Part shown: piece by piece, positions 55,788 to 64,000 of the stretch
Layout of the letters: the number at the start of each line of letters is the position of its first letter
Numbering within the stretch: position 1 is the first letter of the stretch
Virus record (IMG/VR): IMGVR_UViG_3300027974_000032
Span: 11,015-75,014 of that record
From: a virus
Direction: 5' to 3' (one strand)
Length of the DNA stretch: 64,000 bases
Notes under the pieces: model-generated
Told to the model about the DNA's origin: nothing
Database searches by the model: none
What the model saw: the letters and a program-made list of their open reading frames with translations, nothing else
Position numbers and translations under genes: made by a program

Positions 55788-56432
55788 TTATGCAGTTGCT
55801 GGAATTGTACGATCTACAATCTTTCCGTATGATGCATCATCATTTGGAAGAAGGCGGAATGATACTTCGAACATAGTCGCTGCATCACGCTTAGCAGATA
55901 CTGTTACATTCTCGATTGAGAGTGCACGGTATGCTACATAAACACGTTCAATTGCAGATTCAGGTGCACAGTCGCCTGTACCTGGACCTACTGCTACCAA
56001 ACCACGTTCAACTGGACATTCGCCCAAGTCTCCTGCAGATAGGTTTAGTTCCTGTGAGTTTGCTCCGATACCTGTTCCTGTTGCTTCAGATAGATTAGAA
56101 TCTGAAGAAGCAAGTGCAAATAGAAGATTCTCAAGAGTTGCTTCAGCAAATGTAGTATTTAGATTTACCTTCATACCCTGCTTATACAACTTTGCAACGT
56201 CTAGAACCTGATCAACCTGTACTTCACCGAAGTCAGGCTGGAACTGTAGTTCAAGGCCGTTCATTGTGTAACCAACGTTACGGAAATCTTCATCGTCTGT
56301 TAGAGATTCTCTGAAAGACTTATTGATTTGGTACGCTGGAAGATCAGCATCAGTTAAGTTGCCTAGATCATATGTGAAAAGTGCTGCTGCTCCAACAATA
56401 ATGTTGTTGCTGCTACCTCTTGTATATGCCAT
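55788..56432 (-). CDS. major tail (tube) protein
   Basis: NI.VG, VGYT..G.EL, V.VDQ, T.FAE.TLENL; strong RBS, own terminator. Confidence 0.85.
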   Translation of the reverse strand: MAYTRGSSNNIIVGAAALFTYDLGNLTDADLPAYQINKSFRESLTDDEDFRNVGYTMNGLELQFQPDFGEVQVDQVLDVAKLYKQGMKVNLNTTFAEATLENLLFALASSDSNLSEATGTGIGANSQELNLSAGDLGECPVERGLVAVGPGTGDCAPESAIERVYVAYRALSIENVTVSAKRDAATMFEVSFRLLPNDDASYGKIVDRTIPATA

Positions 56433-56499
56433 ATTTGTTCACCTCTTTTTTCTTTGTTGAAATAAGGGCTTGTTTCCTCATGACAATTATAACATGCCT

Positions 56500-57045
56500 T
56501 TATTGGGATGAAATTGAGGTATCTTGATGATACTCAAAGTCTATGATTATCTTATTGCCACCATAGGTGCGGGCGGTGCCAAAGTCAATGATATCTCGTA
56601 CCTCTTCTAATTGGTAAATCTTGAATCTATGAAAGTAGAAGTTGCAATCCATGCCATCGATTGGTCCATTGGCTTTTGCCCAGTCGTTAATCTCTTGTGC
56701 AGTTTCATCTTCACGATCCATGAGTCTTAAAACAGATTCTTGGATCTGAACCATTATGTCAGTTGGATTAGTTCCTTGTGCATAAAAATAATACAATGCT
56801 TGCTCTTGTTTAATATGAGGAAAAGGGCTTCTTCTCATGCGAATAAGTCTATCCCATGTGGCTGCAACACCTTGAGTACTTTGACTAAAATATTCTGTTA
56901 AGTCGTTAACTGTTGATGGCGTACTAGGGAAAAATGGAAACTTGTCAATGTTTGATAGTGCTGGAATTTTTTCAGATAGATAGTTATTGATCCATAACAT
57001 TGGTGTATTCATTGGAGATGTTGGTTCCCAAATTTGATTTGCCAT
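56500..57045 (-). CDS. tail terminator-like protein
   Basis: Synteny directly upstream of the tail tube gene. Confidence 0.55.
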   Translation of the reverse strand: MANQIWEPTSPMNTPMLWINNYLSEKIPALSNIDKFPFFPSTPSTVNDLTEYFSQSTQGVAATWDRLIRMRRSPFPHIKQEQALYYFYAQGTNPTDIMVQIQESVLRLMDREDETAQEINDWAKANGPIDGMDCNFYFHRFKIYQLEEVRDIIDFGTARTYGGNKIIIDFEYHQDTSISSQ

Positions 57046-57716
57046 TATGATGCCACCCCTACATTAGCAACCCATCGATATCCAGTCTGAATTCCAGTGG
57101 CACGACCACCTCTAGACCCTGCTTGAAGATTCTTTTTATATGCAACAGGATTTTCAAATGACTGCAATATTCCGCTATTTTTTAAAAATGCTTGTGTAAA
57201 GTACTTATTGAAAAATGTGTCAAACACTCTTTCAAAACCACCTTCTGATTTTCCTCCAGGATTATTTACAACAACTTCATTTTTTGTATAAACAATCTCT
57301 CCGTTTATTTCAAATCTTAATGCATCTGCTTTCTTTGGTCTAATAGTTATTGGTGCACCCAATTCCATTATCTTTGCTTTATTATAAAATGGCTCTGATG
57401 ATCCTGCTTGAACTGATTTTGATTGTGAAAAGTTTGCCTTAAAAGAAAGACCTATATTGCTTACAGTATAATCAAAATCAAATAATCTTGCTTCTGGGCT
57501 TCCAACTCTATACCACTCATAAACATGATGAAGTGTTGTTGGATCAACCCTTGCATTGCTATCAACATACTGCTTTAATGCCTCTATTGTGTCAACACCT
57601 AGTGATTGTAAAAATTTTGTCTTTCCACGCTGTGCGCCTTCAATAAATCCAAGAGAATAGTCTACTATATTCTTCATTAGTCTATTAAACTCTCTATCAT
57701 CAAGTTTTACTATCAT
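57045..57716 (-). CDS. neck/tail completion protein
   Basis: Synteny; ME.G.PI.IRPK....LRF...V.NPG motif. Confidence 0.55.
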   Translation of the reverse strand: MIVKLDDREFNRLMKNIVDYSLGFIEGAQRGKTKFLQSLGVDTIEALKQYVDSNARVDPTTLHHVYEWYRVGSPEARLFDFDYTVSNIGLSFKANFSQSKSVQAGSSEPFYNKAKIMELGAPITIRPKKADALRFEINGEIVYTKNEVVVNNPGGKSEGGFERVFDTFFNKYFTQAFLKNSGILQSFENPVAYKKNLQAGSRGGRATGIQTGYRWVANVGVAS

Positions 57717-58159
57717 ACATCTACCGCCTGATTTTCTGATCTACGAATAACTAAATTATAATACTCAACATTACCAAATGGGCCCATAAAGGGTTCTTGT
57801 GTTGCAACTTCAAAAATTGTAGACTTTCCTGCACGTGGACCAGATGTCTCAATATATACCTCATTGCAGTTTCTATCTTTAACATTTGTAAGAAGCACAT
57901 TTGTTATTGAGTTACGCCCATCTAAACTAGATAGTCTAATATCTGTTTTTACTCTACCAATCAAAATTGTTTGCTGTGTAATGTTTACATTGGGAGTAAT
58001 TTCTTCTTTACCAGCACGGCCAACTGCATTAAATGAAGCAGCAATTGTTCTATCTTGTATCCATGTCTTTTTAACATTTCCATAAGTACCCTGTTCAACC
58101 ACTGGATGGAATATATCTGCTGACATTGGAAACATATAATCTGTTGCCTCGCAAATCAT
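57713..58159 (-). CDS. head-tail stopper-like protein
   Basis: Synteny; beta-rich, YG.V...W. Confidence 0.55.
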   Translation of the reverse strand: MICEATDYMFPMSADIFHPVVEQGTYGNVKKTWIQDRTIAASFNAVGRAGKEEITPNVNITQQTILIGRVKTDIRLSSLDGRNSITNVLLTNVKDRNCNEVYIETSGPRAGKSTIFEVATQEPFMGPFGNVEYYNLVIRRSENQAVDV

Positions 58160-59067
58160 TAAATTATCCCTGGTTTAAGAATAGTATTTGCGTACTTATC
58201 TAATATCTTATCTACTAGCATGTTACCAGTTCCATTAAGAATAGACTTGTCAAACTGGATTCTAAACTGATCTGTATTATAAGCAGTAACATATCTCTTA
58301 TAATAATCTAACTTGCCACAACTTAAATCTTCAATTAATGTTTTTGTTGCTGCCTCAACATCTGAGGGAATTGTTTTGTATCCGCTGTCTACAATAAATG
58401 TATAGTCACATCCCGCTGGGAATCCAATTGATTGATATCCGTAATACCCTAAGTCTCCCCTGGCGACTGGCATGTTTGGTGGAGTTTGCTCTGCTCTGTT
58501 ATATGGGTCAGTAATTACTCTTTGGACTGCTGAATTATCTAATGTAATTATATAGTCATAAACATTTCCTTCTGGTGTTTCAACATCATAAACTAAAACA
58601 TTGTTTTCATAAACCTTTAAAACTTTATTTGTATCGTACCATAATGGGAAGTAGTCTGTACCTTGACCAACTGTTTGAATAACCTTTTTAAAATTATAAA
58701 ATCCATTTGGAATAATCGTATCAATAATTGATCTTGCTACAAGTTCTAGCATTCTGTAATCTGCTATTTCTGATGCAGTTGTTCCAACCTTTTTAGCATT
58801 TACATAGGGTCTAATAATATCTAAGTTTTCTTCATATAGAGTATGCTCATGCTCTGTGTCATAAAATTTAATATAAAACTTTCTATCGAATTGAACTTTA
58901 TCAAGCGGTAGAATATACTCTACGACTCCATCGGCATCTGATGTGACTTCTGTTTCTATGAATGAGTGGTCCACCAAATCCTCAACATACTGAATATACG
59001 TATAGTTTGGTATAGGTAAATTCCAAGTAGTTGTAATAGGATAAGGTGGAACTCTCATAACCTCCAT
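58159..59067 (-). CDS. head-tail adaptor
   Basis: AR.IID, GY..IP.DV..A, TG...VD.IL.KY. Confidence 0.7.
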   Translation of the reverse strand: MEVMRVPPYPITTTWNLPIPNYTYIQYVEDLVDHSFIETEVTSDADGVVEYILPLDKVQFDRKFYIKFYDTEHEHTLYEENLDIIRPYVNAKKVGTTASEIADYRMLELVARSIIDTIIPNGFYNFKKVIQTVGQGTDYFPLWYDTNKVLKVYENNVLVYDVETPEGNVYDYIITLDNSAVQRVITDPYNRAEQTPPNMPVARGDLGYYGYQSIGFPAGCDYTFIVDSGYKTIPSDVEAATKTLIEDLSCGKLDYYKRYVTAYNTDQFRIQFDKSILNGTGNMLVDKILDKYANTILKPGII

Positions 59068-59070
59068 GTG

Positions 59071-59538
59071 TTACTTACCAAATTCCTTAGCAACATCTTC
59101 TGGTGAAACCAATGAGATGTGATCACGTGTAAGCCACTGCTTTGCATCTTTTTCAGAAACAATATTGATTCCTCTAGAAACCTTGCCAACTTCAGACCAA
59201 GAAACATTTTTTGTTGACTTAATTGCAACAGTCTTATCTTCCTTTGTAGGCTTTTCTATTTTCTTATTTGGTGTGCGTGGTGCAGTTGTTGCACCAATTG
59301 CACCATTTTCTACTGAACCAAGTGCTGGGACTTCATCTTGTCCAGCATATGATGGTGCAGCAATAACATCTGCAGGCTTTGGCTCTTCAACCTTTGCTTC
59401 TTCTACAGGCGCTTCTTCTTTTACAGATTCTACTGGTGTGTCTACCACTGATGGTGCTTCAACAACTGGTGCCTCTACAACAACGGGAGTCTCAACAATT
59501 ACCTCTTCTGTAATTGGATTTTCATTAAAATTTTCCAT
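59071..59538 (-). CDS. acidic Pro/Val/Glu-rich protein after the capsid gene
   Basis: Low-complexity N-terminus; AGGAGG RBS and TGA-TATAAT upstream. Confidence 0.7.
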   Translation of the reverse strand: MENFNENPITEEVIVETPVVVEAPVVEAPSVVDTPVESVKEEAPVEEAKVEEPKPADVIAAPSYAGQDEVPALGSVENGAIGATTAPRTPNKKIEKPTKEDKTVAIKSTKNVSWSEVGKVSRGINIVSEKDAKQWLTRDHISLVSPEDVAKEFGK

Positions 59539-59577
59539 TATTTCCTCCTAAATAGTATTATATCATTATAAGTTATA

Positions 59578-59611
59578 AGGGGAGCAGGAGAATTAACTCC
59601 TACTCCCCCTA
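59578..59611 (-). terminator. stem-loop after the major capsid gene
   Basis: GGGGAGUAGGAG-uuaauu-CUCCUGCUCCCC. Confidence 0.8.
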
Positions 59612-59630
59612 AATTTTTACTGTTTACAGA

Positions 59631-60788
59631 TTATGCATCTGATGCAGCGTCAGCGAATGCGATAGCATCCTGTTCTTCCCACTGAATACCAAAGCGAACG
59701 AATACTGTGTATTCTACAGTGTCCTTCTTTGGCTTGTATTCACGGTTAACAGTGATATCACGCTGGAAGCCCCATACACGGTTCTGTGGGAATGTCAAAT
59801 CGACATATCCTGCAGGGTAGTAAGGAACTTCTTGTACGTCCACTCCGAGAACACGTGTTGTACGTGCTCCACCGAATGTCTGTGCTCCACCGTCAAGGTA
59901 TGCCTGACGATTCATTGGAGTTCCGCCAGCCTGTGAAGCAAATGCTTCAGCAACTGCGTCTGCTAGAGTACCGTTATTCTTAACGATTCCCTGGAATGCA
60001 TCTGTACCAGCATAGAACTTCAAGTTAGACTTGATAGCACGATACTTACGTGGCATTGCTGTGATGATGTTCTGCATTACATCTGTTGTCCATGCGTTAT
60101 TAGCAACTGTGACTACAGACTCATGAGCGTCTCCATCTTCCTTAACACGATTTACGAAACCGTTCATGATACCAAGGAATGCTCCGTCTCCAGAGTCTCC
60201 TGTACCATTGATTGCAAGGTCTTCGATATCATTACCGAAAGCATTGGTCATCAAACGAACGATGTGATCTTCGAGTTGTGCACCTTCGATATTATCTTCT
60301 AGTGCTTCTGATGCTACTTCCCAGTCAAGACGAATCTTCTTTGTAGTCAATTCAACCTTTGAGAATGTTGCACCTGCGTTTGTGTAGTCGCCAACTGCTT
60401 GCGCTGCTGCACGGATTACACGCTCTCCGACGTTTACCTTTTCGAGTTCCATTGTATTGGCTCTCATAGTAACACGACGGCCATCTTGGGCGAGAGTGGT
60501 AGCATCCCACACGTAGTCAATAAAACGACGTGCTTGCTCTGGGCGGAGAATTCCGCTTCCAGCCTCACCTGAAGGATTTACTGCGTTTGGGCCATCTGTT
60601 AGACCCAAGTTTGCTGCAGGGATATTACCTAGTACTCCACCATCGGTGTAGTTACCTGGTACGTTAACGCCTGCTTCTGAACCTGATGCGAATGCTCCTT
60701 GACCCTGATAGAGTCCTGGTGCTGTTCCGCCAACATGCCCTGTACCTGTGGTACCTGGCTGGTTCTTTTCTATATTCTGTTCCGACAT
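59631..60788 (-). CDS. major capsid protein (HK97 fold)
   Basis: G.L.PEQA..FI, EL.TKK.RL..E.S.E.LEDN, D.E.L.INGTG; biased codons, GGAGGTGA RBS. Confidence 0.92.
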   Translation of the reverse strand: MSEQNIEKNQPGTTGTGHVGGTAPGLYQGQGAFASGSEAGVNVPGNYTDGGVLGNIPAANLGLTDGPNAVNPSGEAGSGILRPEQARRFIDYVWDATTLAQDGRRVTMRANTMELEKVNVGERVIRAAAQAVGDYTNAGATFSKVELTTKKIRLDWEVASEALEDNIEGAQLEDHIVRLMTNAFGNDIEDLAINGTGDSGDGAFLGIMNGFVNRVKEDGDAHESVVTVANNAWTTDVMQNIITAMPRKYRAIKSNLKFYAGTDAFQGIVKNNGTLADAVAEAFASQAGGTPMNRQAYLDGGAQTFGGARTTRVLGVDVQEVPYYPAGYVDLTFPQNRVWGFQRDITVNREYKPKKDTVEYTVFVRFGIQWEEQDAIAFADAASDA

Positions 60789-60811
60789 ATTGTCACCTCC
60801 TGTGATTTTTT

Positions 60812-62209
60812 CTAAATGAATAGATCGGCTGTTTTGAGGAAACTACCGCCCCATAGGGATTTTTCAACCATTTCAGGTTGATTCTGTACTATCTCGCCGA
60901 GATCGCCAGACTTTCGGAAAGCAGTGTCTTGCTCTACAAGTTCCACACGCTTACCAAATTCATTAAATGTATTTGTTGCTGCTGCAATATCTTTTGCAAC
61001 TGCTTCAAATGATTGTTTTGCTGTTTCAACGTCTACCTTTGAAGACTTAAGCATTTCTACTTCTGCCTGTAAAGACTTGACTGTTTCTACTAGATCGCTA
61101 AAGGCTTTTTCAAGACCGTCATTAGTTTCGGCAACTGCTTCTGCAATTACTTCATCTGACTTAGGAGCCATTGGCTTCTTCTTGTCTTCTTCTGATTCAA
61201 CTGATGTTGATTCAGTTCCTTCATGAGCAGCAGACTCTTCAGCATCAGTTGGCTTTGCAGCCTTTTCTGTTGAATTATCTTCAGTTGCATCCGACTTTGA
61301 ACCGCATTCACATGCGCCCATAGCCTTTCCGCAATTTGGACATGTTGAAGCCTTTGTAACTTCATCTTCTGCTACTGGAGCGACCTTCTCTATTTCAACT
61401 GCAATATCAGATTTCTCTACGATCTCTTCAACTGTGTTTTTTGTTGATTTTGCCATAAGGTTTTCCTCCTTGTTAATCTTAGAAGTATTAATGCCTTTAG
61501 CACTATCGACTAAGAATTTTATCATATTTAGTTTTTCGTTATCCGTTTTTTCAACGAAACCTATGTTTGCCATTTCTTCACCTGTATTTGGACTAATCTC
61601 TGATTCATTTGCTGATAACATTACAAGGCCTGACTCTTTATCATAAAATACGTTTTCTAAAACTGTTTCATCACCCTTAATAACATCTACACCATCAACT
61701 TTTTCAACAGATACGATGTTTGCAAATTGATTAGCAGGGGAATCAACAAGACTCAACTCTACTAAATCATATTCTTTAATAACACGGATTGACTTATCTG
61801 ATTTTTCATCATAGGCATCATCCCATTTATTCATTCTTCCGCCAATTGAAAAACCAGTATAGGTTCCATCAAGAACCTTTTCCCATGCATCGTTTGCTCC
61901 CTTTGAAATATATGCAGAAACGAATACTCCTTTATAAAACTTCTTTGACTCTGGATCAAAATATTTATCTTCTTTAAATGAAACCATTTTGCCAACTGCT
62001 GAAGGCTGATGCATTTCTCTAATGTTTCCACGGAATCTTGCAAATGCATCCATTGATGCTTCTGATGTAACAATATCATCTTGCTTATCAAGATTGTCTA
62101 AAGATGCAAAGCCAGAAACTATACGTCTTTCTTTGTCGACTTTTGTAAGTGGCATGGATAGGCGGACATTATCGCCATCTGTATTCCAATGTGCTTTAGA
62201 GATAGTCAT
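60812..62209 (-). CDS. prohead protease - scaffold fusion
   Basis: V.G.AS...D...D, IREMH, GFSIGG, ELSLVD.PAN; acidic/coiled-coil C-terminal half. Confidence 0.9.
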   Translation of the reverse strand: MTISKAHWNTDGDNVRLSMPLTKVDKERRIVSGFASLDNLDKQDDIVTSEASMDAFARFRGNIREMHQPSAVGKMVSFKEDKYFDPESKKFYKGVFVSAYISKGANDAWEKVLDGTYTGFSIGGRMNKWDDAYDEKSDKSIRVIKEYDLVELSLVDSPANQFANIVSVEKVDGVDVIKGDETVLENVFYDKESGLVMLSANESEISPNTGEEMANIGFVEKTDNEKLNMIKFLVDSAKGINTSKINKEENLMAKSTKNTVEEIVEKSDIAVEIEKVAPVAEDEVTKASTCPNCGKAMGACECGSKSDATEDNSTEKAAKPTDAEESAAHEGTESTSVESEEDKKKPMAPKSDEVIAEAVAETNDGLEKAFSDLVETVKSLQAEVEMLKSSKVDVETAKQSFEAVAKDIAAATNTFNEFGKRVELVEQDTAFRKSGDLGEIVQNQPEMVEKSLWGGSFLKTADLFI

Positions 62210-62249
62210 GGTAGTATATATTATAAAGCCTTTTTTTACGATATCTCAA

Positions 62250-63863
62250 TTATTGAGATGCTCGTCCTTCGCCCTTTGGATTACGACCACTTACGGTTGC
62301 AGTGCCATCAGACTGGTTATTAGTTCTTTCTGTATCCCTTGCACGATTAGCATTATCATTTGCTGCCTGCTCTGGTTTTGGATCGAACGGCTCATCTCCC
62401 CCATCTCTCTGTGGTAAATTAAGAAGTTCTCTTGCCTCATTTGGCACCATGATCTGTGTCTTTACATAGCGTTCCAAAATTTGAGACTGAGCAATTTCAT
62501 CTGTAAGAGTTAACTCATTAAACTTAAAATCAACAATATCTGTTTTTTCACGAACAACCTTGGTAATCATTTTTTCTAGATTTCTTTGTGCTGGTCTTGC
62601 AACTTGTTCTTTAAATGTTCTGTCTTGTGCTAATGCTGCAGCGATGGATGCTGAGTCCGATCCTCCAAGTTTTGATAAGGGAACCTGGTGGGCTACAAGA
62701 ATGTCGTCACGATTTTGTTTGCGATACTTTTCAAAAGACCCCTCTTGAACACCATTTTCAATTGGTTCCATTTTAAATTCAACTTTATTTGTGTCAGAAT
62801 CTCCAGGCAAAGGTATGTAAAGTGTTCGATGGTTTTGCCCCTTTAGTCCTGTTTGTAAAAAGCGGAACATCTTATCTTCTGCTTCTGAAGAAAGTTTTGC
62901 ACCCTTCAGTGTAACAACATATCTTGGTACTGCTTTGTTACTAAAGAAATCAATATTATATTGTGACGCAAGAGCATCTCCAGATAAAGCAGTTACTGCA
63001 GAGATAATATCTGGAACACCATAAAATGTATTTAAAGGTGAATACTCTTTAAAGTGAATAATTTCATTTGGTCTTGGATCTGTACCAAGTGGGTTTGGAT
63101 TTGTTGCTCCAAAGTTACGGAAATAAACAACCTTATTTGCAATTACCTGAACAAAGCCATCTCGTAAACGACGAACTCTCATGGTAGTCGCTGGAATATG
63201 CCCAATATATCCAATGTCTCCCTTAACTGTTCTACTTACCTCAAGGTAACCATTGCCAGTTGCCTGCAAATCTGTATAAACTTTTTCCATTGTTGATGTA
63301 AACGAATCATCACTGTTTAATGACTCAAGCCAATCTCGCAGTTCAATCTTTGCTCTTTCAATTCTTTTACGTGCTCTATCTGTAGCGCCTTTATCACTAG
63401 AAGACTCTAACTTCAACATTGTTCTTGGTGTAATTTTAAAGTCATAGCCAAGGCCAACAATATTTTCTACCTTCGCATCGATGGCAGCATGATTGGCAAA
63501 AGATGTATCGTAAAAGTTTGCAAGTTCATACAGGTTCCATGGTGGAGTAATAACATCAAACAAACCATAACCATTTCTATATATTAATCCTGGATTAATC
63601 TCTTTTGATGCTGCGCCATTAATACCAGTGCTTACTGCACGTGCTGAATCAATGTATCCTTTAGATGCATCTACTTTATTCATCTCAGCAGACTCTGATT
63701 TTATTACACGAGAAGTACGACGCCTAAAGTTATTATCTAGTCCATTAAGATTTTTTAATTCATCCCATGTTTTATTAAAGGGGTCTTGCTCAGCAAAGAT
63801 ATCTTTTTCTTCTTCAAAAGTATCTGTCTTTGCACGAATAATGTACTGGTTATCTTCACTCAT
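62250..63863 (-). CDS. portal protein
   Basis: D..ATGNGYLEV, EIIHFK.Y.....YGVP, FF.N.AVP, H.VP..KLG, NEARE.L. Confidence 0.93.
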   Translation of the reverse strand: MSEDNQYIIRAKTDTFEEEKDIFAEQDPFNKTWDELKNLNGLDNNFRRRTSRVIKSESAEMNKVDASKGYIDSARAVSTGINGAASKEINPGLIYRNGYGLFDVITPPWNLYELANFYDTSFANHAAIDAKVENIVGLGYDFKITPRTMLKLESSSDKGATDRARKRIERAKIELRDWLESLNSDDSFTSTMEKVYTDLQATGNGYLEVSRTVKGDIGYIGHIPATTMRVRRLRDGFVQVIANKVVYFRNFGATNPNPLGTDPRPNEIIHFKEYSPLNTFYGVPDIISAVTALSGDALASQYNIDFFSNKAVPRYVVTLKGAKLSSEAEDKMFRFLQTGLKGQNHRTLYIPLPGDSDTNKVEFKMEPIENGVQEGSFEKYRKQNRDDILVAHQVPLSKLGGSDSASIAAALAQDRTFKEQVARPAQRNLEKMITKVVREKTDIVDFKFNELTLTDEIAQSQILERYVKTQIMVPNEARELLNLPQRDGGDEPFDPKPEQAANDNANRARDTERTNNQSDGTATVSGRNPKGEGRASQ

Positions 63864-64000
63864 TAGTCATCACTTCCATACTTTGCAATAGTATCCTTTG
63901 CTGCTTGGACTGCTCCAAGATCATTAAGAGAAGGAATTAGCCCTTCGGCCATTCTTTGTTTTTGCTCAGAGTATTCTTCTTCAGAAATTCTAGTAAGGCC
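63863..64000 (-). CDS. hypothetical protein (partial, C-terminus only)
   Basis: ...ISEEEYSEQKQRMAEGLIPSLNDLGAVQAAKDTIAKYGSDD*, TAATG-coupled to the portal gene. Confidence 0.65.
   Translation of the reverse strand, partial: GLTRISEEEYSEQKQRMAEGLIPSLNDLGAVQAAKDTIAKYGSDD

Noticed and set aside
1-64000. Alternative genetic code; prophage status; tRNA genes
   Set aside because: Standard code gives full-length, densely packed genes using all three stop codons; no integrase or host flank; intergenic gaps are too short or are filled by small ORFs

Overview
This is a 64 kb segment of a large, AT-rich tailed dsDNA phage (siphovirus-type: HK97-like head, 2202-aa tape measure protein, no sheath gene seen). 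The host is most likely an actinobacterium, probably a low-GC freshwater lineage; this is inferred from WhiB and other host-like genes. Genes are densely packed and all on the minus strand except one methyltransferase. In transcription order (high to low coordinates) the modules are: (1) portal, protease/scaffold, capsid, head-tail connectors, tail tube, chaperones, tape measure and tail tip (63.9-40.6 kb); (2) replication and recombination: DnaB, primase, SSB, DnaE, MazG-like, RecA, Cas4-like and two resolvase-like nucleases (40.5-28.6 kb); (3) a detached terminase operon (28.6-25.7 kb); (4) a ~25 kb accessory block with secreted or surface proteins plus many tailoring enzymes (2OG-Fe(II) oxygenases, GT60-like and GT61 glycosyltransferases, carbamoyltransferase, methyltransferase, sulfotransferase, an APS kinase-nucleotidyltransferase fusion, a HAD-nucleotidyltransferase fusion). 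The most notable observations are: tail chaperones G and GT apparently encoded as two separate paralogous genes instead of by a frameshift; a candidate miniature PAPS synthase in a hydroxylation/sulfation cassette; a candidate Skp1-type hydroxyproline-glycosylation module near a Pro-rich surface protein; and unusual translational control (leaderless genes, an AUU start, an RBS-sequestering hairpin straddling a promoter, a palindromic bidirectional -10 element, and an RsmI-like rRNA methylase). No tRNA, CRISPR array, integrase, intron or intein was recognised. All family calls come from motif recognition by eye, not from database searches.
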